Under the pieces are notes generated by a model, which made no database searches, was not told where the DNA came from, and was given only the letters and a program-made list of their open reading frames with translations. A DNA stretch of 64,000 nt, from NCBI GenBank assembly GCA_040767805.1, contig JAXGNU010000001.1, positions 96,001-160,000 on the forward strand. The letters run 5' to 3'. This stretch comes from Thermovirgaceae bacterium. GTDB taxonomy: Bacteria > Synergistota > Synergistia > Synergistales > Thermovirgaceae. Position numbers and translations under genes: made by a program. Shown here piece by piece: positions 9,941 to 20,224 of this stretch; the first letter of the stretch is position 1, and each line of letters begins with the position of its first letter.

Positions 9941-12625
9941 TCAATCAGAAAGGTTTCTCATGTTTCTTTCGATCACCCTGATCTTTTCCTCCGTCTCCGA
10001 GAGTCTTTGCCTCTCCTGTTCGACGATATTTGCGGGCGCCCTCGAAAGGAAGGAGGGGTCGTCCAGTTTACCCCTGGAACGTGAAAGATCCTTGCGGGCT
10101 CTCTCAAGTTCCGCCGCGAGCCGGTCCATTTCCGCTTCCCTGTCGAGGTCCCGATCCACGACGAGGGACACTTCCCCAAAGGAGGCTACGGCCATCAAGG
10201 TCCCCAAGGGCCTTCCCTCTCCTTGGTCTTCGCTGAGGCTGACCTCGCGAACACGGCAAAGGAGTCGCAGGAGATCGGCGTTGGAATTGATGACCTCCCC
10301 CGCCTTCTCAGCGGCGCCATCGGAAAGGGCAACCCGCGCCTCCAGGGCTTCCTGTCGCGGGTGAAGCCCGGCCTCGGCTCTCAGGTTCCTTATGCTCCTC
10401 ACTAGTTCCTGGAAGATTTCCATCGGATCCGAGATCCCTGGGCCGGAGGCCTCTTCAAGAGGTAAAGTATCAGGCCAACCCCTTTCCTCGATCAAGGCCC
10501 CTTCGCCGAATCCGAAGGTGTCCCAGAGCTCCTCCGTGAGGAAAGGTATGAAGGGATGCAGCATACGTATTGTACTGTCAAAAATCAGGGCCATGACGGT
10601 CCTGGTGGCCGCCTGCCTCCGGTCACCCTCCGCCCCCCTCAAGGCGGGCTTGGCCATCTCGAGGTACCAATCGCAGAGTTCACTCCAGACGAACTGGTAG
10701 AGGGCCTTCGCCGCCTCGCCGTAGAAGTAACCCTCCAGGTCGCTTTTTACCTGGTCGTTCACCTCGTTCACCCTTCGGATAATCCACCGGTCATGGAACC
10801 TCAGGGACTCATCGTCCGGAAGGGACCACGCAGCCGTCCATTCGATGTTGGCTAGGGCGAGTTTACTCGCGTTCCAGATCTTGTTCATGAAAAGCCTGTT
10901 GCTTTCGATCCTTTCAGGGCTGAGGAAAATGTCCCTTCCCTGCACGGTGAGGCTGGCCAGGGTCATCCTGAGGGAATCGGCGCCGTACTTGTCGATTACT
11001 TCCAGGGGGTCGATCACGTTGCCTTTGGACTTGCTCATCTTCTGACCCTGCTCGTCCCTTACGAGGGCGTGAATATAAGTTTCGCTGAAGGGTTCCTCGC
11101 CCATGAACTTGAGCCCCATCATTATCATTCGGGCGACCCAGAAGAAAAGGATGTCAAACCCCGTCACGAGCAGGCTCGTGGGATAAAAGGTTTTCAGGTC
11201 CTCCGTGTCGTCAGGCCAACCCAGGGTCGAGAAGGGCCAGAGGGCGCTGCTGAACCAGGTGTCGAGGACGTCTTCATCCTGGTGGATATTGCCCCCGCCG
11301 CAGCATTCGCACCGGTCGGGGTCTACTTCTGAAACGGTGACATGGCCGCAATCGTCACAGTACCAGGCGGGAATCCTGTGGCCCCACCACAACTGCCTCG
11401 ATATGCACCAGTCCCGGATATTTTCCATCCAGTTGTTGTATGTCCCCACCCATTGTTCGGGGATTATTCTTATCCTGCCGTCCCGAACTGCGTCTATTCC
11501 CGGGGCGGCAAGGGGTGCCATCTTGACGAACCATTGCTCCGAGAGGTAGGGCTCAATGACCGTCCCGCATCGGTAGCAATGCCCTATCGCGTGGTCGTGT
11601 TCCTCCGTCCTCTCGAGAAGGCCCTTTTCCTTCAACAGGGAGACCATCTTTTTCCTGGCCTCGGCCCTTTCCAACCCCTCGAAGAGCGGCCCCGCCTCGG
11701 GGCTCATGCAGCCTTTTTCGTCTATCACCTGGATCGTTTCAAGGCCGTGCCTCTGCCCTACGAGAAAGTCGTTCGGGTCATGGGCCGGGGTGATCTTGAC
11801 GAGGCCCGTGCCGAAACCGGGGTCGACCATCATATCCTCGACAATGGGCACGATCCTGTCCGTCACGGGGACTACCGCTTTTCTCCCCGCGATCCCTCTG
11901 TGCCTTTCGTCGCGGGGGTGGACTGCCACCGCCACGTCGCCGAGGATAGTCTCGGGGCGCGTGGTAGCGACTGTAATGTATCCGTTGCCGTCAACAAGGG
12001 GATACCGCACGTAAAAAAGGGTGCCCCTTTCATCACGGTGTTCAACCTCCAGGTCCGACAAGGCCGTGAGGCATCGGGGGCACCAGTTCACGATGTAACT
12101 CCCCTTGTAAATGAGGTTCTCCTTGTAAAGCCTTACGAAAACAGCCCTGACCGCCCTCGAGAGCCCCTCGTCCATCGTGAAGCGCTCCCTTTCCCAATCG
12201 CAGGAAGCCCCAAGGCGTTTCAGCTGGTTTATTATCCTGTCGCCGTATTCTTTCTTCCATTCCCAGACCTTTTCAACGAACTTTTCCCTCCCCAGGTCAT
12301 GTCTCGACACTCCCCGGGAGGCCAGGGATTTCTCGACCACGTTCTGGGTCGCTATGCCGGCGTGGTCCGTCCCTGGAAGCCAGAGCACGTTGAAACCGGC
12401 CATCCTCATGAATCGGCAGGAAATATCCTGGAGGGTATTGTTGAGGGCATGCCCCATGTGGAGTGAACCCGTCACGTTCGGGGGCGGAATCACCACGCTG
12501 AAATGGGGTTTCTCGCTGTTCGCGATCCCCTTGAACAGTCCTCTCTCATTCCAGGCCTGGTACCATTTGCCCTCGATCGGCGCGGGGTCGTAGGATTTAC
12601 CGAGCGTTCCCTTGGGTGGTGTCAT
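9941..12625 (-). CDS. valS: Valine--tRNA ligase
   Basis: PPPNVTGSLHMGH, DWCISRQLWWGH, KMSKS and a C-terminal coiled coil. Confidence 0.99.
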   Translation of the reverse strand: MTPPKGTLGKSYDPAPIEGKWYQAWNERGLFKGIANSEKPHFSVVIPPPNVTGSLHMGHALNNTLQDISCRFMRMAGFNVLWLPGTDHAGIATQNVVEKSLASRGVSRHDLGREKFVEKVWEWKKEYGDRIINQLKRLGASCDWERERFTMDEGLSRAVRAVFVRLYKENLIYKGSYIVNWCPRCLTALSDLEVEHRDERGTLFYVRYPLVDGNGYITVATTRPETILGDVAVAVHPRDERHRGIAGRKAVVPVTDRIVPIVEDMMVDPGFGTGLVKITPAHDPNDFLVGQRHGLETIQVIDEKGCMSPEAGPLFEGLERAEARKKMVSLLKEKGLLERTEEHDHAIGHCYRCGTVIEPYLSEQWFVKMAPLAAPGIDAVRDGRIRIIPEQWVGTYNNWMENIRDWCISRQLWWGHRIPAWYCDDCGHVTVSEVDPDRCECCGGGNIHQDEDVLDTWFSSALWPFSTLGWPDDTEDLKTFYPTSLLVTGFDILFFWVARMIMMGLKFMGEEPFSETYIHALVRDEQGQKMSKSKGNVIDPLEVIDKYGADSLRMTLASLTVQGRDIFLSPERIESNRLFMNKIWNASKLALANIEWTAAWSLPDDESLRFHDRWIIRRVNEVNDQVKSDLEGYFYGEAAKALYQFVWSELCDWYLEMAKPALRGAEGDRRQAATRTVMALIFDSTIRMLHPFIPFLTEELWDTFGFGEGALIEERGWPDTLPLEEASGPGISDPMEIFQELVRSIRNLRAEAGLHPRQEALEARVALSDGAAEKAGEVINSNADLLRLLCRVREVSLSEDQGEGRPLGTLMAVASFGEVSLVVDRDLDREAEMDRLAAELERARKDLSRSRGKLDDPSFLSRAPANIVEQERQRLSETEEKIRVIERNMRNLSD

Positions 12626-12645
12626 GATGAAGCCTCCTTGTTCGT

Positions 12646-13317
12646 TCAGGCGTCGTGTAAAAAGCGAACCTTCGCCCCTGCCCCGTTGCGGTCACCCCCG
12701 CGCCGGGGTGACCCGGCCTCTTCCAGGTAGGATTCAAGGAAAAACATGAACTCTTCCACTCCCCACCCCTTCTCCATGGAAACGAGGAAGGGTTCGGCCA
12801 CGGACGATGCCGGCGGGGCCGAGTATTTCTTCAGCAATGGGGTCCATCTACTCTTGGGGACCTTGTCGATCTTGGTGAAGACCACCTGGACGGGAACCCC
12901 GTGACCCGTAGCCCACTCCTGGAGTATCCTGTCATTTTCCAGGAAACCATGCCTGAAATCAACAAGGTGAACGAGGAGAGCGAGGCTTTCCCTCCGGGTA
13001 ATGAATTCTTCAATGAGCCTGGCCCAGGAAGCCCGTTCGGAGCGGCTCCTGCTGGCAAAGCCGAATCCGGGAAGGTCTACGAGGGTAAAGCCTTTTCCGA
13101 AGTTCACCCTATAGAAGTTTACGCTGCGGGTCTTCCCTGGCGTTCCGCTTACCCGGGCAAGGGGTTTTCGTATCAACCCGTTGATGAAGGTGGATTTCCC
13201 CACGTTGGACCTGCCTGCCAAAGCGACCTCCAGCCCCTGGGCGGGCGGGAATTGCCGCTCTGTGAAACAGGTCGCGGCCAGGGCTGCTTCCCACCTTTTC
13301 CTTCTATTGCCCGCCAT
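12646..13317 (-). CDS. engB: Ribosome biogenesis GTPase YihA/YsxC
   Basis: [18 protein letters not shown] and TKID motifs. Follows lon. ATG at 13317 chosen. Confidence 0.93.
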   Translation of the reverse strand: MAGNRRKRWEAALAATCFTERQFPPAQGLEVALAGRSNVGKSTFINGLIRKPLARVSGTPGKTRSVNFYRVNFGKGFTLVDLPGFGFASRSRSERASWARLIEEFITRRESLALLVHLVDFRHGFLENDRILQEWATGHGVPVQVVFTKIDKVPKSRWTPLLKKYSAPPASSVAEPFLVSMEKGWGVEEFMFFLESYLEEAGSPRRGGDRNGAGAKVRFLHDA

Positions 13318-15676
13318 CGTCCTTCTCTCTAGACATGGAACGACGGAAAACCTCTTCAAGGTCGCTGACGAAGACCAGTTCTAGCCCTTTCAGAACCCAG
13401 CGGGGCATCTCCCCCGCCTCAAGGCGGTTGCCTTCGGGAAGTATTACCCTCTTGAACCCGTACCTTTTGGCGGCCAGCACCTTTTCCCTGATCCCACCCA
13501 CGGGCAGGACGTCGCCCCTCAAGGTAACCTCCCCGGTCATAGCGATATCGTTACGCACCGGTTTCCGAGACAGGGCGGAATAGATCGAAACGGCCAGCGT
13601 GATGCCCGCGGAGGGTCCGTCCTTCGGTATGGCTCCTTCCGGAACGTGAACGTGGATATCGGTCTTGTCCCAATCTATGGCGGATATGCCCAGTTCCTCC
13701 CCGTGAGGCTTGAGGTATCCCCAGGGCTGTTTGCCCTGATTCCGCATTATCTCCCCCAGGTTCCCCGTAAGGACGATGCCTCCCTTTCCGGGGATGCGGA
13801 CGTTCAATCACGAGGATGTCACCGCCGTTTCTGTCCATGCCAAGCCGACCGAAGCCCCTACCGGGTCCGAGGCGGGGAGGTGGACTCCCCGGCATGGCGC
13901 GGCACACCGAGGAAGGGGTAGCAGGCTCGAGGGAGCGTCACGGTGAAGGTCTGCTTTTTGGCCCGTCCCGCCTTTTTCTTCCGATTCCACGATCTTGCGC
14001 GTGATCTTCCTGGTCACCTTGGAGATCTGTCTCTCCAGTTCCCTGACCCCGGCTTCCCTCGTGTACTCCGAGATGATCTTCTTGACCGAGGCGGAAGTGA
14101 GCCTTATCTGACCCCCCTTGAGCCCGTGCTCGTAGAGGACCTTGGGAATGAGGTGTTTCTCGGCGATCTGCAGTTTCTCCTCCGTCACGTAGCCCGGTAA
14201 CCGGATGACCTCCATCCGGTCCAGTAACGGCTTGGGAACGGTGTGGGTCGTATTCGCCGTGGTGATGAAAAGGACATTCCCCAAGTCGAAGGGCACTTCC
14301 AGAAAATGGTCGGTGAAGCTGTCGTTCTGCTCCGGGTCCAGCACCTCCAGGAGCGCCGCGGCGGGGTCGCCGCGGAAGTCCTGGCCGATCTTGTCGACCT
14401 CGTCTAGGAGCATCACCGGGTTGCACGTCCCAGCCTGCCTGAGCTTCTGGATTATCCTCCCGGGCAGTGCCCCGATATAGGTCCTCCGGTGTCCGCGGAT
14501 CTCAGCCTCGTCTCTGATCCCTCCCAGGGACATATTCACGAACTTTCTTCCCGTCGCCCTGGCGATCGAGCGCCCCAGGGAAGTCTTACCGACGCCCGGG
14601 GGGCCGGCGAAACAGAGGACCTGCCCCTTCAACCTCCCCTTGGCATGTTTCCTTACGGCAAGGTACTCCAGGATCCTCTCCTTTGCTTCTTCAAGGGCAT
14701 AGTGGTCCTCGTTTAGGACCTTTTCAGCAAGGATCACGTCCATCCTCTCCCGGGTCCTCTTCCCCCAGGGGAGGTTCGTTATCCAGTCCAGATAGGTCCT
14801 CACCACCGTGGCTTCCGCCGACATGGAGGGCATCTTGGTCAGCCGGTCCAGTTCATGGAGGGCCTTTTTCCTGACCTCATCGGGCATTTTCGATCGGTGG
14901 ATCTCCTCGCGGAGGTTGTCGATCTCCGAGAACTCGTCGCTCTGGCCCAATTCATCCTGGATGACCTTCAACTGTTCCCTAAGGTAATATTCCTTCTGAC
15001 CCTTTTCAAGCTCCTGCCTGACCCTGTCATGAATGGACCTCTCCATCTCGAGCAGTTCGATCTCCCTCAGGAGGATCCTGATCATCATCTCCAGGCGCTT
15101 CGATACATCCCAGGTCTCGAGGAGTTGCTGCCTTTCCTGGATACGAACCGTAAGGTGCGATGCCACCAGGTCAGAAACCTGGCCGGGGTCTTCCACGGCC
15201 GTGACCGACATCAACACCTCCAGGGGAATCTTAGGGTGGAGGGTCACATACTTGTCGAACTGCGCCAGGAGGGTCCTTTTCAGGGCTTCGATCTCCGGCC
15301 CTCTCAGGGGTTGGGGGGTTACCAGGGCTTCGGTCTTTGCGAAGAAGGTGTCCCGATCCAACTCGACCTCGAGAATGGAAGCTCTTGACACCCCCTCGAC
15401 CAGGACCTTTGTCGTCCCGTCGGGAAGCCTCAGCATCTGCAGGACCGTCGTGATGGTCCCAACTTCGAAAAGATCCTCCGGTTCGGGGTCTTCCACGTTC
15501 ATATCCTTCTGGGCCACCACGAGGACGGTCTTCTCGTGGAGCATGGCTTCCTCGAGGGCCTTGAGCGACCGGGGCCTCCCAACGAAGAGCGGCACTATCA
15601 CCCCCGGGAAAAGGACCAGGTCCCTGACGGGGAGAAGCGGCACATTTTTTACGGGGCCCTCTACTAAATAAGGCAA
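13304..15676 (-). CDS. lon: Lon protease (endopeptidase La), reading frame disrupted by clustered indels at about 13715-13970
   Basis: LON-N domain, [15 protein letters not shown], then PKDGPSAG and GGIREK (Ser-Lys dyad) in a second ORF. The linking motifs are spread over different frames. Confidence 0.95.
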
Positions 15677-16954
15677 CTAGGCTACCTCCCCATCCTTGGT
15701 AAAATCGAGGATCGGAAGCCCCTTCCCGTCGATCATTTCCTGGGTGACGACTACCCTGGAAAGGCCGTTCGTCCGCGAAGGGAGTTCGTACATCAGGTCA
15801 AGCATCGTTGACTCCATGATGGTCCTCAGTGCGCGAGCGCCGGTATCCCGCTCACAGGCCTTCCTGGCGATGGCCTTGAGGGCCTCGGAGGTGAATTCCA
15901 GTTCCACCTTCTCCATCCTGAAGGCCTTCTGGTACTGCTTGACCAGGGCGTTCTTTGGCTCCGTCAGTATCCTGACCATCGCCTCTTCATCCAGGCCCTC
16001 CAGGGCCGCTGTTACCGGTATCCTCCCGACGAATTCCGGGATGAACCCAAAGGTCATCAGGTCGTCGGGCTGGACTTCCTTCAGTACCCTGTAACGGTCT
16101 TTCTTATCGTTCCTGGGGACCTGGCCCCCGAAACCGATGATCTTCCTGTTGATCCTCCGCGAAATGATGGACTCCAGCCCCTCAAAGGCCCCCCCGCAAA
16201 TGAACAGGATATTACTGGTGTTCATCTGGATGAACTCCTGGTGGGGGTGCTTCCTGCCGCCCTTGGGGGGAACGTTCGCCTCGGTGCCCTCGAGTAACCT
16301 CAGCAGGGCCTGCTGGACGCCTTCCCCTGAGACGTCTCTCGTGATGGAGACCGATTCGGATTTCCGGCCGATCTTGTCTATTTCGTCGACATAGATGATC
16401 CCCTTCTCCGCGGCGGGTACATCGTAATCGGCGGCCTGGAGAAGCCTCACGAGTATATTCTCCACGTCCTCCCCGACGTAACCCGCCTCGGTCAGCGTAG
16501 TCGCGTCGGCCATGGCGAAGGGGACCTTTATCGTCCTCGCCAGGGTCTCGGCGATCAGCGTCTTGCCCGACCCGGTCGGGCCGATCAGGAGGACATTGCT
16601 CTTTTGCAACTCCACATCGTCCTCATCGACCGGGCAGGCGATCCGTTTATAGTGGTTATAGACGGCCACGGAGACCACTTTTTTTGCCTGCTCCTGGCCT
16701 ATGACGTATTGGTCAAGGGCCGACTTTATTTCCTTGGGTTTGGGCAGGTCCTTGAGTTCCCTCGCTACGTCAACCTGGACGGGGGGCTCTTCGTCTTCCT
16801 TTATTATCAGGTTGCAGAGGTTGACGCATTCGTTGCAGATATAGACCCCGGGGCCTGCTATCAGTTTTAGTACCTCTCCCTGTCTTTTGCCGCAGAAGGA
16901 GCACTTGGCCTCCTTCCTCGCACCTTTGACACCGTTGCCGCCGCTCTGGGACAC
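15677..16954 (-). CDS. clpX: ATP-dependent Clp protease ATP-binding subunit
   Basis: CSFC...CNEC zinc finger, [19 protein letters not shown] and IGF loops. Confidence 0.98.
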   Translation of the reverse strand: MSQSGGNGVKGARKEAKCSFCGKRQGEVLKLIAGPGVYICNECVNLCNLIIKEDEEPPVQVDVARELKDLPKPKEIKSALDQYVIGQEQAKKVVSVAVYNHYKRIACPVDEDDVELQKSNVLLIGPTGSGKTLIAETLARTIKVPFAMADATTLTEAGYVGEDVENILVRLLQAADYDVPAAEKGIIYVDEIDKIGRKSESVSITRDVSGEGVQQALLRLLEGTEANVPPKGGRKHPHQEFIQMNTSNILFICGGAFEGLESIISRRINRKIIGFGGQVPRNDKKDRYRVLKEVQPDDLMTFGFIPEFVGRIPVTAALEGLDEEAMVRILTEPKNALVKQYQKAFRMEKVELEFTSEALKAIARKACERDTGARALRTIMESTMLDLMYELPSRTNGLSRVVVTQEMIDGKGLPILDFTKDGEVA

Positions 16955-17039
16955 GAATATCCCTCCTTGCTCTTTGCCCTACTGTCCCTTTCTTTATCCC
17001 TTCCAGGTCTATGTTACTGCAAAAGGGACGTTTTTGAAC

Positions 17040-17074
17040 ATTGAAGGGAGCCCTATCCAGGCGCTCCCTTCAAT
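17040..17074. repeat. 12-bp inverted repeat (stem-loop) between clpP and clpX
   Basis: ATTGAAGGGAGC-n11-GCTCCCTTCAAT, with no clean U-tract. Confidence 0.7.
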
Positions 17075-17107
17075 TATGAATCGCCGAACCGGTTTAAAAA
17101 AGGCCCT

Positions 17108-17686
17108 TTACCTTTCGGCGATGACCTTGTCGATTATCCCGTAGTTGAGGGCTTCTTCGGCGGACATGTAAAAATCGCGGTCCGTATCGGCCTCGATCTC
17201 CTTCTCCGTTCTGCCGGTGTGCTTTACAAGGATCTCGTGGATCCTGTCCTTGAGCCTCATGATCTCCCGGGCGTGGATCTGGATATCGATCGCCTGTCCC
17301 TGGGCTCCGCCCAGGGGTTGATGAAGCATGATCCTTGAACTGGGGAGCGCGATCCTCTTGCCGGCATCGCCTCCAGCCAACAGGACCGCCGCCATGCTGG
17401 CCGCCTGTCCCACGCATATGGTCGAGACGGGGCACTTGATGTACTGCATCGTATCGTAGATGGCCAGGCCCGATGTGATGATACCGCCGGGGCTGTTGAT
17501 ATAAACGTTGACGTCCTTGTCGGGGTTGTCGCTCTCCAGGAAGAGGAGCTGGGCGACCACCAGGTTTGACAGGTGATCGTCGATGGTTTCACCAATGAAA
17601 ATTATCCTGTCCTTCAGGAGCCGGCTATAAATATCATAGGCCCTCTCCCCCCTGCCGGTCTGTTCAATGACCATCGGAATCAGCAT
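17108..17686 (-). CDS. clpP: ATP-dependent Clp protease proteolytic subunit
   Basis: [28 protein letters not shown] and DRD motifs. Confidence 0.98.
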   Translation of the reverse strand: MLIPMVIEQTGRGERAYDIYSRLLKDRIIFIGETIDDHLSNLVVAQLLFLESDNPDKDVNVYINSPGGIITSGLAIYDTMQYIKCPVSTICVGQAASMAAVLLAGGDAGKRIALPSSRIMLHQPLGGAQGQAIDIQIHAREIMRLKDRIHEILVKHTGRTEKEIEADTDRDFYMSAEEALNYGIIDKVIAER

Positions 17687-19053
17687 CAGGATCCCTCCTT
17701 TTCGGTTTCCGTCTCTCCTGTCCCATCGAAGGTACTCTCCAAAGTCCCCTCCTTGACGGCCACTTTTTCCATCAGCCTTTTGACCGCCTTCTTCATCCTG
17801 ACCCGGTGTCGCAGGTCGGCAAGGTCATCGGGATTTTTCAAGAAGAACCCTTTTATTTTATCCCTGTCAATATTGAAGGAACGGGCCATTTCGCCGAACT
17901 CGTCTTCGAGGTCGCTTTCGACCACTTGGATCATCTCCATTTCGGCCAGGGCGTCCATGACCAGGGACCTCCGGACCTCCTCTTCGGCCCCCCCGACCGC
18001 TTCCGCCTCCAACTTTTCCCCTTCCAGCCCCTCTTGAGCGACGTACTCTTCGAAGGTCTTTCCGGTCTTTCTACTTACGTTTTCGTGCAGGTTCTTGAGG
18101 ATCCTGGTCTTATGCCTCTGGACCAGGCTGTCGGGTACATCGACCTGGGATCGCTGGACCAAAAGGTCGAGGGCTTCCCTCTCGGCCCTTTGCAGGCTTT
18201 CGGCGAGAAGATTCTCCTGCAGTTTCTCACTGATCTTCACGCGGAAACCCTCTTCATCCAGGTCCGACTCACCGACGACTTTCTCAAAGAAGGGCCCGGA
18301 CATCTCCGGCAGGATCTTTCGGGCCACGGAGAGGACCTCGATCTTGTAGCGCAACGTCCTTTTGTCGCCGTCATCCTCGGGAGATACCCTGACATCGACC
18401 TCGATCCTGTCACCGGGGACCCTATCCAAAAGCGCGGAAAAAAGCTCTTCGGGGAGGGCCTCCCTGCTCAACTCCACCACCGACTTCTGCCTATCGCTCT
18501 CCTTGGGTGCTTCACTGGTTTTTTCCTCGAAGAGGGCCAGGTCGTACACGACCTCCAGGAGGTCACCCTCCATCGATGGCCTGTCGGTGACGGGTTCCCT
18601 CTCCGAGGCGTTATCGCGCAAGGAGGATATGGCCTCTTCGACCATGTCGGAAGTGACCGCAACGTTCTTCCTGGTCACTTGAAGAGTGTCCAGCTCTGGA
18701 AGAATGACCTCGGGCCTGGTCTCGAAGACGAAGGTCATCACCACAGGTTCCCCCTCGACAAGGTTGTCCACATCTACGGAGGGTTCCGAGATCAGGTCCA
18801 GTTCGTACTCCTTGACGACATTATCAATAACGTCGGGGATCATCTTTTCAAGAGCTTCAGTCATTATGGTCTTCATTCCCAGGTGCATCTGGAGCACCTT
18901 CCGGGGAACATGCCCTTTCCTGAAACCTTTGATGTTGGCCTTGGACCTCATGTCTTCCAGGGTCCTCTCAACCCTGGACTGGAAATCCTTCTCCCCGATC
19001 ACGACCTTGATGCTTGTTATGTTCTTCTCCTGCGAAACGATCTCTGACCGCAA
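17686..19053 (-). CDS. tig: Trigger factor
   Basis: [10 protein letters not shown] ribosome-binding motif. Sits in tig-clpP-clpX-lon-engB order. Confidence 0.95.
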   Translation of the reverse strand: MRSEIVSQEKNITSIKVVIGEKDFQSRVERTLEDMRSKANIKGFRKGHVPRKVLQMHLGMKTIMTEALEKMIPDVIDNVVKEYELDLISEPSVDVDNLVEGEPVVMTFVFETRPEVILPELDTLQVTRKNVAVTSDMVEEAISSLRDNASEREPVTDRPSMEGDLLEVVYDLALFEEKTSEAPKESDRQKSVVELSREALPEELFSALLDRVPGDRIEVDVRVSPEDDGDKRTLRYKIEVLSVARKILPEMSGPFFEKVVGESDLDEEGFRVKISEKLQENLLAESLQRAEREALDLLVQRSQVDVPDSLVQRHKTRILKNLHENVSRKTGKTFEEYVAQEGLEGEKLEAEAVGGAEEEVRRSLVMDALAEMEMIQVVESDLEDEFGEMARSFNIDRDKIKGFFLKNPDDLADLRHRVRMKKAVKRLMEKVAVKEGTLESTFDGTGETETEKEGS

Positions 19054-19105
19054 CAGTCTACAACCCCTTCCCCTTGCCGGCCTTCTGCCGGAGGACGATT
19101 ATTTG

Positions 19106-19141
19106 AAACAACAGGAACCCCTTGGCGCTCCAAGGGGTTCC
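19106..19141 (-). terminator. Probable terminator of the tRNA operon
   Basis: 12-bp stem GGAACCCCTTGG-AGCG-CCAAGGGGTTCC followed by TGTTGTTT. Confidence 0.7.
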
Positions 19142-19180
19142 CTGAGGGAAAAACAATGAACAGAGGCCAATCATGAAAAA

Positions 19181-19266
19181 TGGTGCGAGAGAGGGGACTC
19201 GAACCCCTATGCCGTAAAGGCACTGGATCCTAAGTCCAGCGTGTATGCCAATTCCACCACTCTCGC
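19181..19266 (-). tRNA. tRNA-Leu(TAG)
   Basis: Cloverleaf with long variable arm, anticodon loop CTTAGGA, encoded CCA. Confidence 0.96.
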
Positions 19267-19274
19267 AAAGATCT

Positions 19275-19350
19275 TGGTGGGTCATACAGGAATCGAACCT
19301 GTAACCCCCTGATTAAGAGTCAGGTGCTCTGCCAGTTGAGCTAATGACCC
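19275..19350 (-). tRNA. tRNA-Lys(CTT), copy A
   Basis: Loop CTCTTAA, acceptor stem GGGTCAT/ATGACCC, encoded CCA. Confidence 0.96.
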
Positions 19351-19386
19351 ACTTGCCAACATTATAGACCAAAAAACGGAGATATC

Positions 19387-19462
19387 TGGTGGGCCATACA
19401 GGAATCGAACCTGTAACCCCCTGATTAAGAGTCAGGTGCTCTGCCAGTTGAGCTAATGGCCC
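19387..19462 (-). tRNA. tRNA-Lys(CTT), copy B
   Basis: Loop CTCTTAA, acceptor stem GGGCCAT/ATGGCCC, encoded CCA. Confidence 0.96.
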
Positions 19463-19483
19463 CTATATCTCTTCTCCCTTGAC

Positions 19484-19559
19484 TGGCGCGCCCGGCAGGA
19501 TTCGAACCCGCGACCAGCGGATCCGAAGTCCGCCGCTCTGTCCACTGAGCTACGGGCGC
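19484..19559 (-). tRNA. tRNA-Arg(TCG)
   Basis: Anticodon arm GCGGA-CTTCGGA-TCCGC, encoded CCA. Confidence 0.95.
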
Positions 19560-19574
19560 AACGATCCCCAAAAA

Positions 19575-19652
19575 TGGGGTGAGCGAGGGGAATCGAACCC
19601 CCAACCTCTGGAGCCACAGTCCAGCGCTCTGACCAATTGAGCTACGCCCACC
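19575..19652 (-). tRNA. tRNA-His(GTG)
   Basis: Loop CTGTGGC, encoded G-1 opposite C73, encoded CCA. Confidence 0.95.
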
Positions 19653-19670
19653 ACATGTCAAAAAGGGCAA

Positions 19671-19747
<77 letters not shown>

Positions 19748-19768
19748 ATCAGTCCTCTTTTGGCAAAC

Positions 19769-19844
19769 TGGAGCGGGAAACGGGATTCGAACCCGCGACC
19801 TACGGCTTGGAAGGCCGTCGCTCTGCCAACTGAGCTATTCCCGC
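19769..19844 (-). tRNA. tRNA-Gly(TCC)
   Basis: Anticodon arm ACGGC-CTTCCAA-GCCGT, encoded CCA. Confidence 0.96.
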
Positions 19845-19866
19845 AAAGCACTTCCCGGCATTCTGT

Positions 19867-19944
19867 TGGTCGGGGCGAAAGGATTCGAACCTTCGACCCC
19901 CTGCTCCCAAAGCAGGTGCGCTAACCAGACTGCGCTACGCCCCG
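19867..19944 (-). tRNA. tRNA-Pro(TGG)
   Basis: Anticodon arm CCTGC-TTTGGGA-GCAGG, C1:G72 pair, encoded CCA. Confidence 0.96.
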
Positions 19945-19979
19945 AAATGTCAAAAAGGTGCCGGAAAGCATTAATAACC

Positions 19980-20054
19980 TGGTGGAGCTGGGGGGAATCG
20001 AACCCCCGGCCTCTTCCGTGCGAAGGAAGCGCGCTCCCGCTGCGCCACAGCCCC
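19980..20054 (-). tRNA. tRNA-Ala(CGC)
   Basis: Anticodon arm CTTCC-TTCGCAC-GGAAG, G3:U70 identity pair, encoded CCA. Confidence 0.95.
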
Positions 20055-20074
20055 TTCCTCGAGTGACGGCGACA

Positions 20075-20103
20075 ATTCTAGAGTTGGAACGTATTGTTGT
20101 CAA
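20075..20103 (-). promoter_or_regulatory. Sigma-70 promoter of the tRNA operon
   Basis: TTGACA-17 nt-TAGAAT, 20 nt upstream of tRNA-Ala. Confidence 0.85.
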
Positions 20104-20224
20104 GACGAAGGGCTTGTGGGCGGGGCGCGAGGGCCGCCCTGGTGGACAGGATTCACCGGGTCTGGAATATAATCGTCATCATGAAGGGCCGAAGGCGAAG
20201 ACCTGGCGAAAGGGGGGCTCCACG

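Noticed and set aside
13304..13807. Independent Lon-protease-domain gene or programmed frameshift
   Set aside because: Several compensating indels with no RBS or slippery-site logic. Sequence error fits better.
17806..19047. 413-aa plus-strand ORF antisense to tig, and similar long antisense ORFs such as 11342-12466, 39561-40817 and 53640-54809
   Set aside because: Antisense artefacts of codon bias with no independent evidence.
19958..20224. N-terminal extension of the 645-aa NFACT ORF
   Set aside because: It overlaps tRNA-Ala and its promoter on the opposite strand.
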